A DNA stretch of 63,266 nt, filler included, from Lenisia limosa (taxonomy: Eukaryota; Protista; Breviatea): NCBI GenBank assembly GCA_001655205.1. It is 13 parts of 13 records of this genome, joined end to end, with 100 filler letters (N's around TTAATTAATTAA, not from the genome) between each part and the next. Parts side by side here need not be neighbours in the genome. Positions count along the whole stretch, not along the records: positions 1 to 3,942 come from LPNZ01003824.1; positions 4,043 to 9,336 come from LPNZ01005248.1; positions 9,437 to 12,317 come from LPNZ01003619.1; 10 more parts are not named here. One strand, 5' to 3'. Both the position numbers and the translations under genes were made by a program. The notes under the pieces are model-generated. The model ran no database searches. It worked only from the letters and a program-made list of their open reading frames with translations, and was not told the origin of the DNA. The stretch's first letter is position 1, and each line of letters opens with the position of its first letter. This document shows, in pieces, positions 1 to 12,417 of this stretch.

Positions 1-3000
1 TCAACACCCAGCATACAACGACGAAATCAAGCCCCCGGCACAAAGGTGGCTCTGGAAGCGATGTAAACTCAGCTCAGTTGTTGCAAGGTTCTCAGCTGCA
101 GGAGGGGGAGGAAAAATAAGAATGAAACAAAAAATCAGATTGGGAGCAATGCACACAAGAGTATAAAATAAACAACACAAAATCTCAGGCTAGTGTTCGC
201 CGCTCCACGTTCATCAACTCTCAGGCTTTATTGGAGCTGAAAGTCACAGCTCACCAATGATAGAGTAGGCCCAGGACCAGGACTCATCAACATGGGATAT
301 CACAGAATCGCGGAAGCATTTGTCGTCAATTGCAGTGTCGCGTCCGAAGAACCGCTGCTCGTGTGGTTGTTTCGGCCTTGGAAGTAAGAACAGCTTAATC
401 AGACAGCCTTCCATGTTATCGTTTAGAGCAAACCTTGCGCCTGAACTGGCAACACTGGAAGGAGTTTTCTTCTTTTTCCTTCGTCGTCTTTTGCCAGATG
501 AGGAGGTTACTGATGACGTTTCAGTTGCACTCGAGCATTCGTCTGCTGAGTTAAGGAAGAGATTCATGAAAACCACACACACACACACACACACCACACA
601 CCCAAAAACAAATAGAAGCTGATTAGTGTGAACAAATATTCGAATTGAGTGGATCTTAGTCCTGCAATGTGCAACTGACCATAAACGGAGAAATCTTGCC
701 GGTGTTTTTGAACGGTTGGAGCTGGGCTTTGAATGAAGGTTTTGAGTGCACCGAGGTAGGATGAAATGATGACTTGCGATTCATCCGCCTATTTGGAGTT
801 ACCTTTACTGAGAAGGGGCGTGTTGGCATGGTTGGTTGGCAGTAATATAATACAAGACAACAAAATGTATGCTGAAGTGAGAAAGAATCCAAAATTTCAC
901 AGAATAGTTGAAGATTTCAGTATTGAGCCCACGCAGGGGGTTGGTGGTGTGGTGCTTGTACCCCTCGAGATTTCAGCAAAAAGCGAGGACGTTGATGGTG
1001 GTGGGTCTTCCACTTCTGTGATTAGGTGAAAAACAGTAATACATGCACATGTACACGTGTGACCGGGATAAGTCTTGACCGATTTGTTATGTGATTTCCC
1101 AAGGAAAATCGGTCCCTGGTCAATGTATGTGTCGTATCATAGTAATATGATAGTATTATATGTAATATATTATATGATATGATATATGTTGTCCAGAGAA
1201 GAAGATTCTCCCATACCACTGGTATGAAGCTTCTATCTCATTATTGTGTATTGTTGCGTCAACTAAAAGCAACTTCTCACCAAGATTAAGAGTCGTGGAG
1301 AGAGGGTCATCTTCATCTTCCTCGTCCTCAACTTTCCAAGGAATCTAGAGGGTTAAAGGGAGACAACACGTACAAACACTCCATGAACCACCAGCTGCCC
1401 TCCTCCCCTCACTTGATGGCCGTCTTCCAGGAGTAGCCCCGAGTGCTGCAGCTCATTAGCTAGGGTGAAAACATTTCGTGGGAGGAGAGCGGTGGAACGA
1501 AAGAGGAACTGAGCTATCATTGACACCAGTGACACCTGTGTGTGGGGGGGGGGGGGGGNNNNNNNNNNNNNNNNNNNNNNNNNNNNNNNNNNNNNNNNNN
1601 NNNNNNNNNNNNNNNNNNNNNNNNNNNNNNNNNNNNNNNNNNNNNNNNNNNNNNNNNNNNNNNNNNNNNNNNNNNNNNNNNNNNNNNNNNNNNAAACAAC
1701 AACAAAAAAAAAAACAAGCAAAACAAACACGAGCAAAAGTGGGGAGGGGGTCAAAATTGATACTTTACAACTCTCTGAGTCGTATGGGGTCGAAAAGAAA
1801 GCCAGACATACATCAATGAAGCATTCTGGGTTATCCAAGTAGTTGACCATCTACAACTGTCAAAAGAAACGCAGACAGAGATCACAGTCCCTGAAGGACA
1901 AGTATGAGGTATTTAAGGGTGCACGCAGCCAAGCCCACCAGGAGGGCGATGAGAGGAGCATCTAAGACATTGTGATTGGGTGTTGCCTTTTCTTGTTGGC
2001 TGAAAATCGCCTTTTGTAGCTGCTTCAAAATGGACCTTGCAGAAATGATGTCTAAACGAGATTATAAGACTCTATCTAGGTATATATCCCCATAGCCTTA
2101 CTATGGTGGAGGAGAGCCTCGATAATAAGGGGAACAAATGAGCGTTCCTGAGGAGCATGCATGAATAGAGACTCTGAGAAATTACTGCTTAAAGGGAAGT
2201 AATACGATCGGACCTAATATCTAATTCAGCTGCTTCAAATGAAAAAAAGATATCATATCGATTGTAATTATTATAATGCGGAGACCTGTGAAAGAACCAG
2301 ACCAAGTAAAAAAAAAAAAAAAAAATTNNNNNNNNNNNNNNNNNNNNNNNNNNNNNNNNNNNNNNNNNNNNNNNNNNNNNNNNNNNNNNNNNNNNNNNNN
2401 NNNNNAGAGGTGACGGAAAGCTCTATCATTGAGGGTAGTAAGTCGCAGTGGGGGATGTAGCGTCGGTAGAAGTTCTAGCTGGTAAAAAACCATAGTTTCA
2501 AAGCCTCATGTTGATATAAAAAGGTAATCAAAACAAATCACAGTAGAAATAGACGGAATCAGAACACACAGAGTACTAACCAAAAGGAGGGCGGAATCAA
2601 AACACACAGAGTACTTACCAAAAGGAGGGCGGAATCCGAAGAAATAGTAGAAGCTGCCAAGTCGAGAATTTCTCGGTTGTCTTGGGGGATGTCCAAACTG
2701 CATGGGTCAGAAGACACAAGTGAATAGAGTACCTAGTTGTGTATTATTTCTTCACAAAAAGAGGAATTGCGTATCGCGATTGGAGTGAAATGTGCGGGGT
2801 GACACAAATGAGGACGATGGCATAGAAGGTGTGTGTGTGTGTAGAAATAAGCCTGAAAACAAAAGAGGTACCCAAAAGCAAAACCAACATGAGAAGACAG
2901 TCCACAAGGATTGCAGCTAGGGGGCAGGTGTTGACCTAAGAAGTCAGTGAGGCTTGGGTTGAAGAAAGCTTCTCTGTGTTGCTATTAGATATAATATCTG

Positions 3001-3504
3001 TTCACATGTATCTTTTCCCAGAATTCTTAAGCGGAGGCTGAAGAAGAGCCAATGGATTGAAAGAATACTTCATCCACATTCCGAGGGAGTATTGTCAACT
3101 GGCTCACTTGGAAGGGCAAGAACAGGCGCATGCAGGATGTCACCACATCCACTGCCCAATCTGGGATAGCTAGGCCTTTAGGAACAGCTGGGGCAACTAC
3201 ACAAGTTGAGAGACAGTAAACATTGAAATAAACGAACTGACGTAGTCCCCCAAAATATTGACTCTATCAAGCCTATTAATGGAAACGTATCCCTTTCTCA
3301 ATTAACTCCCTCCCTACTTCGAACGGAGAGCTGGCAAAGCACATGCAGCCATGTGGTAGCGAATCGCAGAAGGTGCTCAATTCGCGCGGTTAGGACCTTC
3401 AGCTCCTTCCACTGCTTCGTGTAGAAAACATTTTTGGGGCAATCTAAGCGGGTCTGGGGTGTGTGATTTGTTGTTTCAATTCTACCCAAGATGAGACATG
3501 TCAT
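1..3504 (-). CDS. Uncharacterised multi-exon protein (Leu-rich helical, basic NLS-like patch); 3' partial
   Basis: ATG at 3504 (MTCLILGRIE...). GT-AG bounded exons read e.g. EAFFNPSLTDFLGQHLPLAAILVDCLLML, SLDIPQDNREILDLAASTISSDSALLL, ADESQVIISSYLGALKTFIQ...DFSVY spliced in frame to ADECSSATETSSVTSSSGKRRRRKKKK. No family recognised. Confidence 0.55.
1054..1125. mobile_element. MITE family B copy (CACTGACC-ended, Tc1/mariner-type)
   Basis: GACCGGGATAAGTCTTGACCGATTTG...AATCGGTC...GGTCAATG; same sequence at 30068 and 61894; TA flanks. Confidence 0.65.
2553..2637 (-). repeat. 38-bp tandem duplication spanning an exon/donor junction
   Basis: CAAAAGGAGGGCGGAATC starts at 2581 and 2619; about 2.3 units. 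Confidence 0.85.
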
Positions 3505-3942
3505 TTTTAGACAGTCGTAAATAATATACTAATAGTAATATATGATATTATATATAATATGATTATGTACTTATGTATCATACATATTATATATACTATA
3601 TCATATCATATATATATACTATATGATATTCATCATATAATATAGTGTGAGAAAATGATATGATCATTAAGAAAATGTCTGTACATATGATAAAATATAG
3701 AGTATCATATGATGTGGTGATATCAAAAGGTAATACTCCCCACAATTTTTCTTATATGCTGGACCAGAGAGCGGTAGTGTACTCCTTCAAGTTCCTTTGG
3801 TTCATTGACTTCGACAAAAACTAAGCACTTAAGCAGGTCCAGAGTCAATGACGTTGCAGCCACTATACTGAGACCTAGTGACTCTCGTGGCACAGCAAGG
3901 AGCGCTTGTATTCTGGGCGAATAAAAGAGGAGTTTCTTAGAA

Positions 3943-4042
3943 NNNNNNNNNNNNNNNNNNNNNNNNNNNNNNNNNNNNNNNNNNNNTTAATTAATTAANN
4001 NNNNNNNNNNNNNNNNNNNNNNNNNNNNNNNNNNNNNNNNNN
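3943..4042. other. Artificial contig linker
   Basis: 44N+TTAATTAATTAA+44N = 100 bp; stops in all six frames. Confidence 0.97.
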
Positions 4043-4081
4043 TTCAATTCTTTGAAAACTCCAACAAATTTACATTTCTTA

Positions 4082-7000
4082 GAGTAACACTTTCGAACAA
4101 TCAAGGTTCATTAACAAATGGAACACATACGTTCGAACAACTCAAAATAAGGGCCCCAGCCCGTTCAGTCCTGAACCTCATTATGACATCACCGAATGGT
4201 CCAAAGCAATCCGAAAATATCACTGTGACGGTTGGAAGGGGGGGNNNNNNNNNNNNNNNNNNNNNNNNNNNNNNNNNNNNNNNNNNNNNNNNNNNNNNNN
4301 NNNNNNNNNNNNNNNNNNNNNNNAACAGTATAACGGTCGAATCTGGTTAGTTAAAATTTGTTCACCTGATCTGTCATTGGTTGTTTGGTCTGAGCTTACT
4401 TGTTAGATGACGGGTTCCAGTGCTTGTGCCCCCCAGGTTACAGTGCCAAAATGAATAGCAGAAGTGAGGCTGTTCCCCTTTGTCAATCATCGTACCTTCT
4501 CTTTTTATTTATTATCTAGGTGAGATTATTAGCTGTGTGATTTGTGCTGCCGGGACCTTTAGTAATTCAACGGTATGGTGGTCGTCATGAGTCACGCTGT
4601 AGTCTTTGGATCAATGTACAGAATGTCCTTCACGTATGGACTCTGGCGTTGGTGCTGCATTTTGTGTCTGCGAAACCGGTTGGTTGCAAAATAGGAATGA
4701 TGATTTTCACGCTCTATCAGGATTTGTTATGGATGATACGGCTTCGGATGATGATTTCGACTGCGTGTGCCCGAAAGGCGAAGAGTTCAATGGTGTCGGA
4801 GTAGGAGGGGAGATATTTGAAGATTAGTCTGATTGACACAATGGACTTTCACCACTTCAGCATTGTAAGCCATGTAGCCAAGGGTTCTTCAAGGACTCGG
4901 ACTCTTTAGAGAGTTGTTCTGCTTGTCCAGGGACACGAACAACATTAACCACAGGAAACATCAACGCTGACTCTTGTGTTTGCAAGTAGGTGGCTCGGTT
5001 TTGGGTTATTTTGCCTCAGATAAATTGCACCAGTCACCTCCGTCTTACTAATATCCATTTACCTACTTAAACCCCTCTCAGCCCGGGCTACTTCCTTGCG
5101 GAAGAGTCACAAGACACAGACGACGGTACTTCAGAATGTGAGAAATGTCCTTCTGGAGGGTTCTGTGCAGGACAGAGTAGTGTCCCGATTCCCGATAGCG
5201 TTGGATGGGGGGTTCCATTGTTAGTATTTGAGAGTGCTGGTTCTGATAACAATCCTTTTGAAAACATCTTATCTGAAGTAGTAATAATGTTTCAGGGATT
5301 TTCGTTGTCTACTGAGCATAATACATATCTTGAGTGTCCGTACGAGAGCGCTTGTCCCAGGGGTGAAGCTTGTGCAGCTGGTTATACAGGAAGAATGTGT
5401 GCTGAGTGTTCCTCAGGGTGGGTGGGGAATCCTAGTTGGTCAAATTATGTTATTTATTCTGTCTTTGCCCTTACTAATCCTCGGTTTAGCTATTATCAGA
5501 GTGGATTGCAGTGTTTAGAGTGTGGTCCTGCCACCTCCATTCTCTTGCCACTGGCATGTTTCTTGACCGTGGCGGTGGTGTTCATTATTTACTATCTTGC
5601 TCTTAGGTGAGCATTTTCTTCATTGTATAAAATGTTTTTTTTTTNNNNNNNNNNNNNNNNNNNNNNNNNNNNNNNNNNNNNNNNNNNNNNNNNNNNNNNN
5701 NNNNNNNNNNNNNNNNNAGAGAAATCCAAAATGGGGAACACTTCGAATTGCTTTCAACTTCCTCCGTGAGATTTTTTCTTGTGGTTTATAGTTCTGTTGA
5801 AACACTTTCACAGCTTTTAGAGGTGACTTCTTTGTATACTGCCTTCCGGCTGAACTGGCCTGATGAAGTGAATCGAATGTATACCACTCTTTCGGTAACC
5901 AACTTCAATATACAAGTTACTGGTTTGTTGGAATGATTGCAAACGATGACTTTTACATTGTTCAAGCTACATAAGAACAATTACTTTCTTTCTCTGACTA
6001 CACAGCTCCTGAGTGCAGTATCCAAGCACAAGTCGATTTCTTTACCATTTTCTTCTTCAAGCTTATGCTGCCCTTCATTTTAAGTAAGTAATTTGCTCCA
6101 CCCCCAGTTTACTTACTGTCAAGCTTTATTGGTGTTCGTAGCGTGGTTAGGTCGTCGCACTTACCTTTGGATCTGCAAGCTGAAATTCCAAAACAAGCCG
6201 TTAGATGGGTTATTTTGAGTTTCTCTTCTGCAAACTATCTCTTTGATATACATATCTGCCATTTCAAACCTAGTAGTGATCTTGATGTGGAGCCACCTAT
6301 TTTGGTTTCAAGCGAAAACGACGTTTTTACCTCTTCTGAGGCAGAAATGAAGGAATTTCCTTTAAGCCACAAGACTGTGGAGGATGACACTATAAATGGA
6401 GCTGATATTGAGGGAGCTTTTGAAATGGAAAAAGGTTGGAATGTATTACAGTTTCATCCTTATGTGTTTTATTATTTGGATTAATTGACCCACCAGGAAT
6501 CTCTACAAAAGCGTTGACATCACGGGATATCGGACTGAAAGACTCTGAGAACTTAGAAACGGTTCTACTTCGCAGCCCTGCACCTTCTTCTCATGCAAGA
6601 GGTAGGGGGCTTTTCTTGCCCCAAATATTCTATGTGACTTTTGGACATTTCTGCGTTTTGTTTTGACGCTATAGGCTCACCAATGTGGCAAGCTGATCTC
6701 ATCCCACGTGCCAAGTATGTTCTGCATTTCTTCATTATTTTATTAAACAGTTGGGTTCAACAAAGCATGATATAATGGTTTAGATATGCCGCCTTCCGGT
6801 CTTGTTTCGCCTTGCTGGTACTTACCTACCTTCCTTTTGCCACTGCAGTTCTTGGCTATTTCGACTGTACACATGAGGTAGCTGGGCTTGAATCTGTAAA
6901 TGTCTCTTTCCGCTATTAAACAAGGCTTCACCATCCAACCTTATTGCTCAGAATGACGGGACGTATACTCTGAATATGTCACCTTCAATTGAAGTAAAAG

Positions 7001-8365
7001 GGATAGTTTGAGATCTTGCTTTCAAATTTTTTCAAAGAGATATTTCTCTCAAAGGGTAGCACAATTTTATTATCTTAATGCAGTTTCTTATCATTAGTGT
7101 TACACTGGTCGTCACGCTCAGTACATGCCTGTCGCCGCAATAGCTGCCTTTGTTTTTGTTATTGGTGAGTAAGCCCCCTTTCCCCTTTAATCTTTCACAT
7201 ATACCCCTTCATCATGGCTCTCAGCTCAATAGTTGCTTGCCAACATGAAAATTATTTTTACAACTTCAGGTCTCCCCCTCATTCTTCTCAAACTTCTGAG
7301 AAACAATTGTGAAAAAACGCTCCAGCCAAATACTTTTATGATGTGAGGAAATTGAAGGAAAGCTCTTCTGTTTCTAGTCTTTATGAACTTTTACACTCCA
7401 TGGTGTCTCTTCTTACCTTCGTTTAGTTATGGGTTCTTATACTCGCGCTACACAGATGAAAACTACCTTTGGGAGCTGACTATTCTCCTTCGCAAACTTG
7501 GAGTGGTGATTTGGTTCGTATTCCTGACAACCTATCCCAGCTTCCAAGCCCTCGCTGCTATTACTGTCCTTCTAGTATGCCATTATGATATATTTATTTA
7601 TCAAATGATATACAGTAGCTATGAATAATATATGATCTATTGTAGGTTTTTCCTTCCCCAGTTATCATAATGCATCATTACAGCACCTTTCTTCTGAATA
7701 TTCACTTCCTTTTAGACTGCCCTTATCTTCCATACTCGACTCTACCCGTTTACTGTCACCGCTCTCAATGTTTTGGAGACGTTCTCCCTTCTAACATCCA
7801 CAATCACGCTTGTGTTTGGCCTGGTATGTCGTTCGTATTTGTTTAATATGGAGTGACAACTTAGTGCTTTTTACAACCAAATTCTACCCATAATTGAAGG
7901 CTATAATCCTGCTTAATGTAGTTTACGTTCAAGGTGTTCCTCAATGAAGAAACACAGTCGTCAACGGTGGTGATTCTCACCGTGATTACGTTGGCCGTTG
8001 TTTTAATGAACATTATCTTCATTCTTGTGGCAATCGTTTTGGAAATGATGCAGGTCAGTGGGGGGGGGGNNNNNNNNNNNNNNNNNNNNNNNNNNNNNNN
8101 NNNNNNTTCGCAAATCCAAACAAGGCGACAAGCGCGGTTGGACTATTGTATAATTAGTCGTAATGACACATTTTGGAAAAAACTTCACTCCACTTACTTT
8201 TTCAGGGAGTCGCTGCTGCAGTTACTGGAGGGTAAGAGGATGACTAAACCAAGATGTTTCCATTTGGTTGTGTTTGATTTTATCTATGATAATTTGTTTC
8301 ATAATCACAGCGCTGCTAATGATCTTGGAATCCTACCGAAGCTTGTTTCGGAGCTGCCAACCTAA
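4082..8365 (+). CDS. Cys-rich (GCC2/GCC3, ephrin-receptor-like repeats) multipass membrane protein; 5' partial
   Basis: Spliced exons: CLCPPGYS, SCVICAAGTFSNST, CTECP, HCKPCSQGFFKD, CVCKPGYF, CPYESAC..CAAGYTGRMCAEC. Then TM block: LRIAFNFL, LNWPDEV, NFNI, YTDENYLWELTILLRKL, LNVLETFSLL. Stop at 8363-8365. Confidence 0.85.
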
Positions 8366-8731
8366 TTATTTTGTTTTTTTAGTGTTTCCATGATATGATA
8401 TAGTATATCATATATTATTATTATTCTCGATAGATATTTCCCTTTTTTAATTTTTGAATGTGCAATAGTTCTCATTACAAGTGCACAAGTTCAATGCGAG
8501 TTTGATAAGTTGGGTAGTTGAGAAGAATTGCATAAGACTTGATCTGAGGGGAAATGAGGAGATATGAGGGCTTGGGATGACGACTTGACCTGAATACATA
8601 ATTTAGTTAAATTCTAGTTAAATTAACCAAAACGAGTGGAGTCGCCACAATGCGTGAACAAGTAAATAACAAAAAGTTCGAACTGAGTACAGTCATAGAG
8701 CAGACACGCCTCCTCCTCCCTCCTCGGCAGA

Positions 8732-9112
8732 ATGAAAGCCTTCTATTTCGCAGTGGCATCTATCATTCTTTGTTGGTGCAGCAATCATGGTTTTTCTTTT
8801 AGGTTTGAAATAGGTGTTTGAATAACACAACCATTTAAGCTTCTCTCATTTACCAGAGTGTCCCCTGAAGGCAAACTGTGAGTTCATCGTGTTCAATGAT
8901 TATGTTTATTTTGTTATGTGAAATTTTTAAACCTACAAACAGCTGCACTAATGACAAATGATTAGACATGGTGTAGATGTGACAGTCACTACTCTGCAAG
9001 CTGAATCCATTTCTGCAACGATGATAAACGGTTTGGTCTTGGATATTGCCTTATTGTTCCTAACTGAACAGTTGAAAGCCTCGTTGTCAATGGTACCAAT
9101 ATCCTCGAAATG
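8732..9112 (+). CDS. N-terminus of putative secreted protein; 3' partial
   Basis: MKAFYFAVASIILCWC signal-peptide-like start; GT-AG exons give VSPEGKL HGVDVTVTTLQAESISATMINVESLVVNGTNILEM. Confidence 0.45.
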
Positions 9113-9336
9113 GTTAGTTTAATACAAATTAGCAGAAGTTTTTGACTTTTCTGACTGGTTGTAAAGTTGATTCTTACCTCTTATTAACATTTTAGTTTTC
9201 TGTCTCCAAATGTAAGCACAAAGTTACATTTTTGAGATTGAAGATCGCAGTGAAATTTTCCTGTTTCCTTTCTTTAGCTTTCTTTATCTCTCTATCTCTC
9301 CCTCTCCCTCCCTCTCTCTCTACTCTTTATATATAT

Positions 9337-9436
9337 NNNNNNNNNNNNNNNNNNNNNNNNNNNNNNNNNNNNNNNNNNNNTTAATTAATTAANNNNNNNN
9401 NNNNNNNNNNNNNNNNNNNNNNNNNNNNNNNNNNNN
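9337..9436. other. Artificial contig linker
   Basis: 44N+TTAATTAATTAA+44N. Confidence 0.97.
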
Positions 9437-12317
9437 AGGTTGGAGAAGGCGAGAAAATGGTTCGGTCCCTCTTTGCCGTTGCCTCCTTGTACCAGCCTTC
9501 CATTATCTTCATTGATGAGGTGGGTGAGGGGGCTCACATTTTGGTCTTTTATAACATGTTTCTCTCTCTCTCTCCCTTTAAATTGATTATATCCAATTGA
9601 CTTTTTATTATTTTTTTTATTTTTTTTATTCCTTGTGTTTTTTCATTTTACCCTGCAGATTGATTCCCTCCTTACCGCCCGCACAGAAAGTGACAACGAA
9701 AGCTCAAGAAGGATCAAAGTTTGTATTGTTTTAGAACAAAAATAGATACATCAAATGACCTTTGTGGGTTTCTTCTCGCCCCCTCTCCTCTTGTTTGAAG
9801 TTGTTTCCCTTCTAGAGTTGTTTTTTTTTTTTTNNNNNNNNNNNNNNNNNNNNNNNNNNNNNNNNNNNNNNNNNNNNNNNNNNNNNNNNNNNNNNNNNNN
9901 NNNNNNNNNNNNNNNNNNNNNNNNNNNTGACCAAGTTTTTGTACTAAATGATCGTTTTTCTGTTCTTTTTCTGTATATACTGTATTATCGGAATGTAACG
10001 TCACGCTTTAGACCGAGTTTTTGGTCCAGTTAGACGGCGCCTCCACGGATGGTTCCGAACGCATCTTGATTCTGGGTATGTTGGACGGGAGAGGGGGAAA
10101 TAATCAAGGTTTCACTTCAGTTTGGGAACATATCGATAGGTTTCGAGGATTTATCGAGAACATTCTTTTTTCGAACCGAAGCAGTATGATGTTATTTATA
10201 TGGTGGGGGGGGGGTAAATTTTGTGACCTTGTTAAGGTTGCATTTTCTTTCAGTACTGTGTTCCCTAGCCCTTTTATCGGTCATATAATAAATGAACTTA
10301 TATATATTGTATATATTCTATCATATCACTTCTGATACACCCGGGATAAACCCTCGTGTTATCTTCGTTCATCATTTCTTGAAAGTCAGTCATGAGATAT
10401 GGGTTAACATATCATATCACTCGTGGATATGGGTTAACATATGTAACTTGTTGGGAGTGGGGGCGTATTTTGTGTGTCATTTTTGTTTGGAGGTATGGGA
10501 TCTTCTGTGTTGTCTTTACAGGGAGCCTGTTCCAGGTTTCGTTGTTACTAGGGTTTCATCATGTCACCAAAAAAACCACAAAAACTATTAGGATATTTTT
10601 TTCGAGGATTTCTTGAAATGTATGGACCTTTTTTACCCATTTATTACGACTTAGGAGCAACCAATCGTCCAGCTGAGTTGGATGAGGCTGCAAGACGAAG
10701 AATGGTGGGTAGAGATGTGATACTTTGCTCTTCTTTTCCTTTTAATTTTATACTTTGCTTCTGTCATTATTCTTTTTTTTCCTTTTTTCTCACTTTTTTA
10801 TTTTTACTTTTTCTTTTGCCTTTTGCAGCGCCTTGTCGTACGAAATCGCAATAAAAGAGTCAGATCTAATGTAAGGTTGCTCATTCCAACACCCACAGCT
10901 AAAGCAGGAATAGCGCCTGCAACCGCACGACAAGACAAGGCAATGGCCAGCTGTTATGTGGCGTCGCACTGGCCTTGTGCAGGCTAGGGATCATTCTGAT
11001 GGCGGTGAAAAACAAAAAAACAGACGGCATGCAAAAAAAACTAAACCACGGAGAAGTAATAAGTCCCATAAAAAGGTCCTTCAAAAAAATCCCATAAAAA
11101 AACAAAAGCGACATACAAAATATACGGGTTGAGGAAGAAACGCCTTAGTTCCTTATACCTTGTTATCAGTCAACACCATCCACTCAATTGTGGAGGCGGG
11201 AATGCCGATCGGCGTGGTCGCCATCCGTTTTGGCGGGCAGTCATACGGCGGGGGGACATCATACTGACCGCTTTGGTTGCCAGAAATGACCGAAGAATCG
11301 TTATGGATAGATCGACACCAATTCCGAGGGAAGAAATTATTGAAATTGCGTATTCAACCGTCAACGGAATGCTCGCCATTAACCTTAATTCTCCACGAGT
11401 TATTGGCCTTGATCGGCCCAATCCAGTTTCAACCCACTGAAACCGGGGAAACAATTGGACTGGGGAGTGACATTAGTGGAAGCCCTTTACGCGTATCCAG
11501 CTTCGTGATGTCATGCCCGAGATTCAATACAACAATACTGAACAAACCCGAAACAAACATTTTTTGACACACTGATGTCCTGATTTTTGATCGCTCGAGA
11601 CAAATGCTAACCTTCTCGTCGAAGGTTAAATGATGAGCAGAGAGGTGGTGTCCTGAGTGAGATCAGCAACCCATGGGGAGTAAGCGGGGCATATCGACCT
11701 CAAGAGACGATGTAGTTCTTCTAGATCCTGCTAATTAGATACATTCAAATAGCTCTAACTTGGGAGCCGATGCGGTGAAGGTCGACCGAGACGCCTGGAA
11801 AGTGTTCAGCCATGAACATGAGGAAAGCCGCGAAGTTGGTGGAGTTCAACCCAATGTAAATAAACAAACGAAACCTTATTGGCCAAAATGGTCCTGGCTG
11901 TCTTGATAAAAAGCAAATACATTGAGGTACCATAGTCAAATTACCATCCCAACGAAAGGCAACATTTTTATGCGAATTGTTACTTTTTTCTTTCTTTCTT
12001 ATTTGGCTTTTTTTCGCATCCTTTTTATTTTCTTCTTTTTAAAGAAAAGAAATCATCTAATTGATCCAGGTGAAAAGACTCTACATCCCCCTTCCTGGTA
12101 TGGAGGTGCCGTATTCTGGGCAAATGATTGGGTGAATTATTACTATAATCCAAAAAATATCACTTATAAGCGTGATGGCGTGGACGGCTTAGTCCAAATA
12201 CAATCTTGTTAGTTCTCATTGCTATTTATGGGTATTTTTCTATCATGTTTAGTATCTTATCTGACATCCTCGTTCCCCCTCCCCCTTTCTCACCTCCACC
12301 CCTTCTTAATCAGTCAA
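9437..12317 (+). CDS. FIGNL1: Fidgetin-like microtubule-severing-family AAA ATPase (internal fragment)
   Basis: Exons 9437-9519, 9659-9718, 10012-10075, 10655-10704, 12070-12097 splice to [94 protein letters not shown] (Walker B, sensor 1, Arg fingers). Fidgetin-like rather than spastin is a judgement from memory. Confidence 0.85.
10110..10178. mobile_element. Degenerate MITE family A fragment
   Basis: ATATCGATAGGTTTCGAGGATTTATCGAG...TTCGAACCGAAG matches core of 48725 copy. Confidence 0.5.
10340..10445. repeat. Dispersed repeat family D
   Basis: ATCTTCGTTCATCATTTC..GAAAGTCAGTCAT..ATCATATCAC..GTGGATATGGG; also at 46135, 51245, 62765. Confidence 0.7.
10830..11965 (-). CDS. Candidate antisense gene nested in FIGNL1 intron (product unknown)
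   Basis: Visibly more GC-rich than flanking intron sequence; minus-strand GT-AG introns with CTAAT branch-like motifs; possible start [28 protein letters not shown] full frame could not be resolved by eye. Confidence 0.45.
12085..12212 (-). mobile_element. Family C dispersed repeat (HINE/MITE-like)
   Basis: AACAAGATTGTATTTGGACTAAGCCGTCCACGCCATCACGCTTATAAGTGATATT...AATTCACCCAATCATTTGCC; in FIGNL1 intron, left boundary approximate. Confidence 0.65.
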
Positions 12318-12417
12318 NNNNNNNNNNNNNNNNNNNNNNNNNNNNNNNNNNNNNNNNNNNNTTAATTAATTAANNNNNNNNNNNNNNNNNNNNNNNNNNN
12401 NNNNNNNNNNNNNNNNN
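12318..12417. other. Artificial contig linker
   Basis: 44N+TTAATTAATTAA+44N. Confidence 0.97.

Noticed and set aside
789-791. In-frame TAG between two protein-like stretches, suggesting stop-codon reassignment
   Set aside because: The TAG is simply the 3' splice site (..CCAAATAG|GCGGATGAA). Recognised genes splice cleanly under the standard code.
3987-3998. TTAATTAATTAA repeated at intervals as a CRISPR-like or biological repeat
   Set aside because: Always centred in exactly 44+44 Ns; an assembly linker.
10829-10880. [13 protein letters not shown] as the next FIGNL1 exon
   Set aside because: The expected next exon (VKRLYIPLP) is at 12070, so this lies within the intron.
11129-11440. Plus-strand ORF with [14 protein letters not shown] resembling a nitroreductase
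   Set aside because: No RRSxR or APS motif, no ATG context, and the splice signals in this block are on the minus strand.
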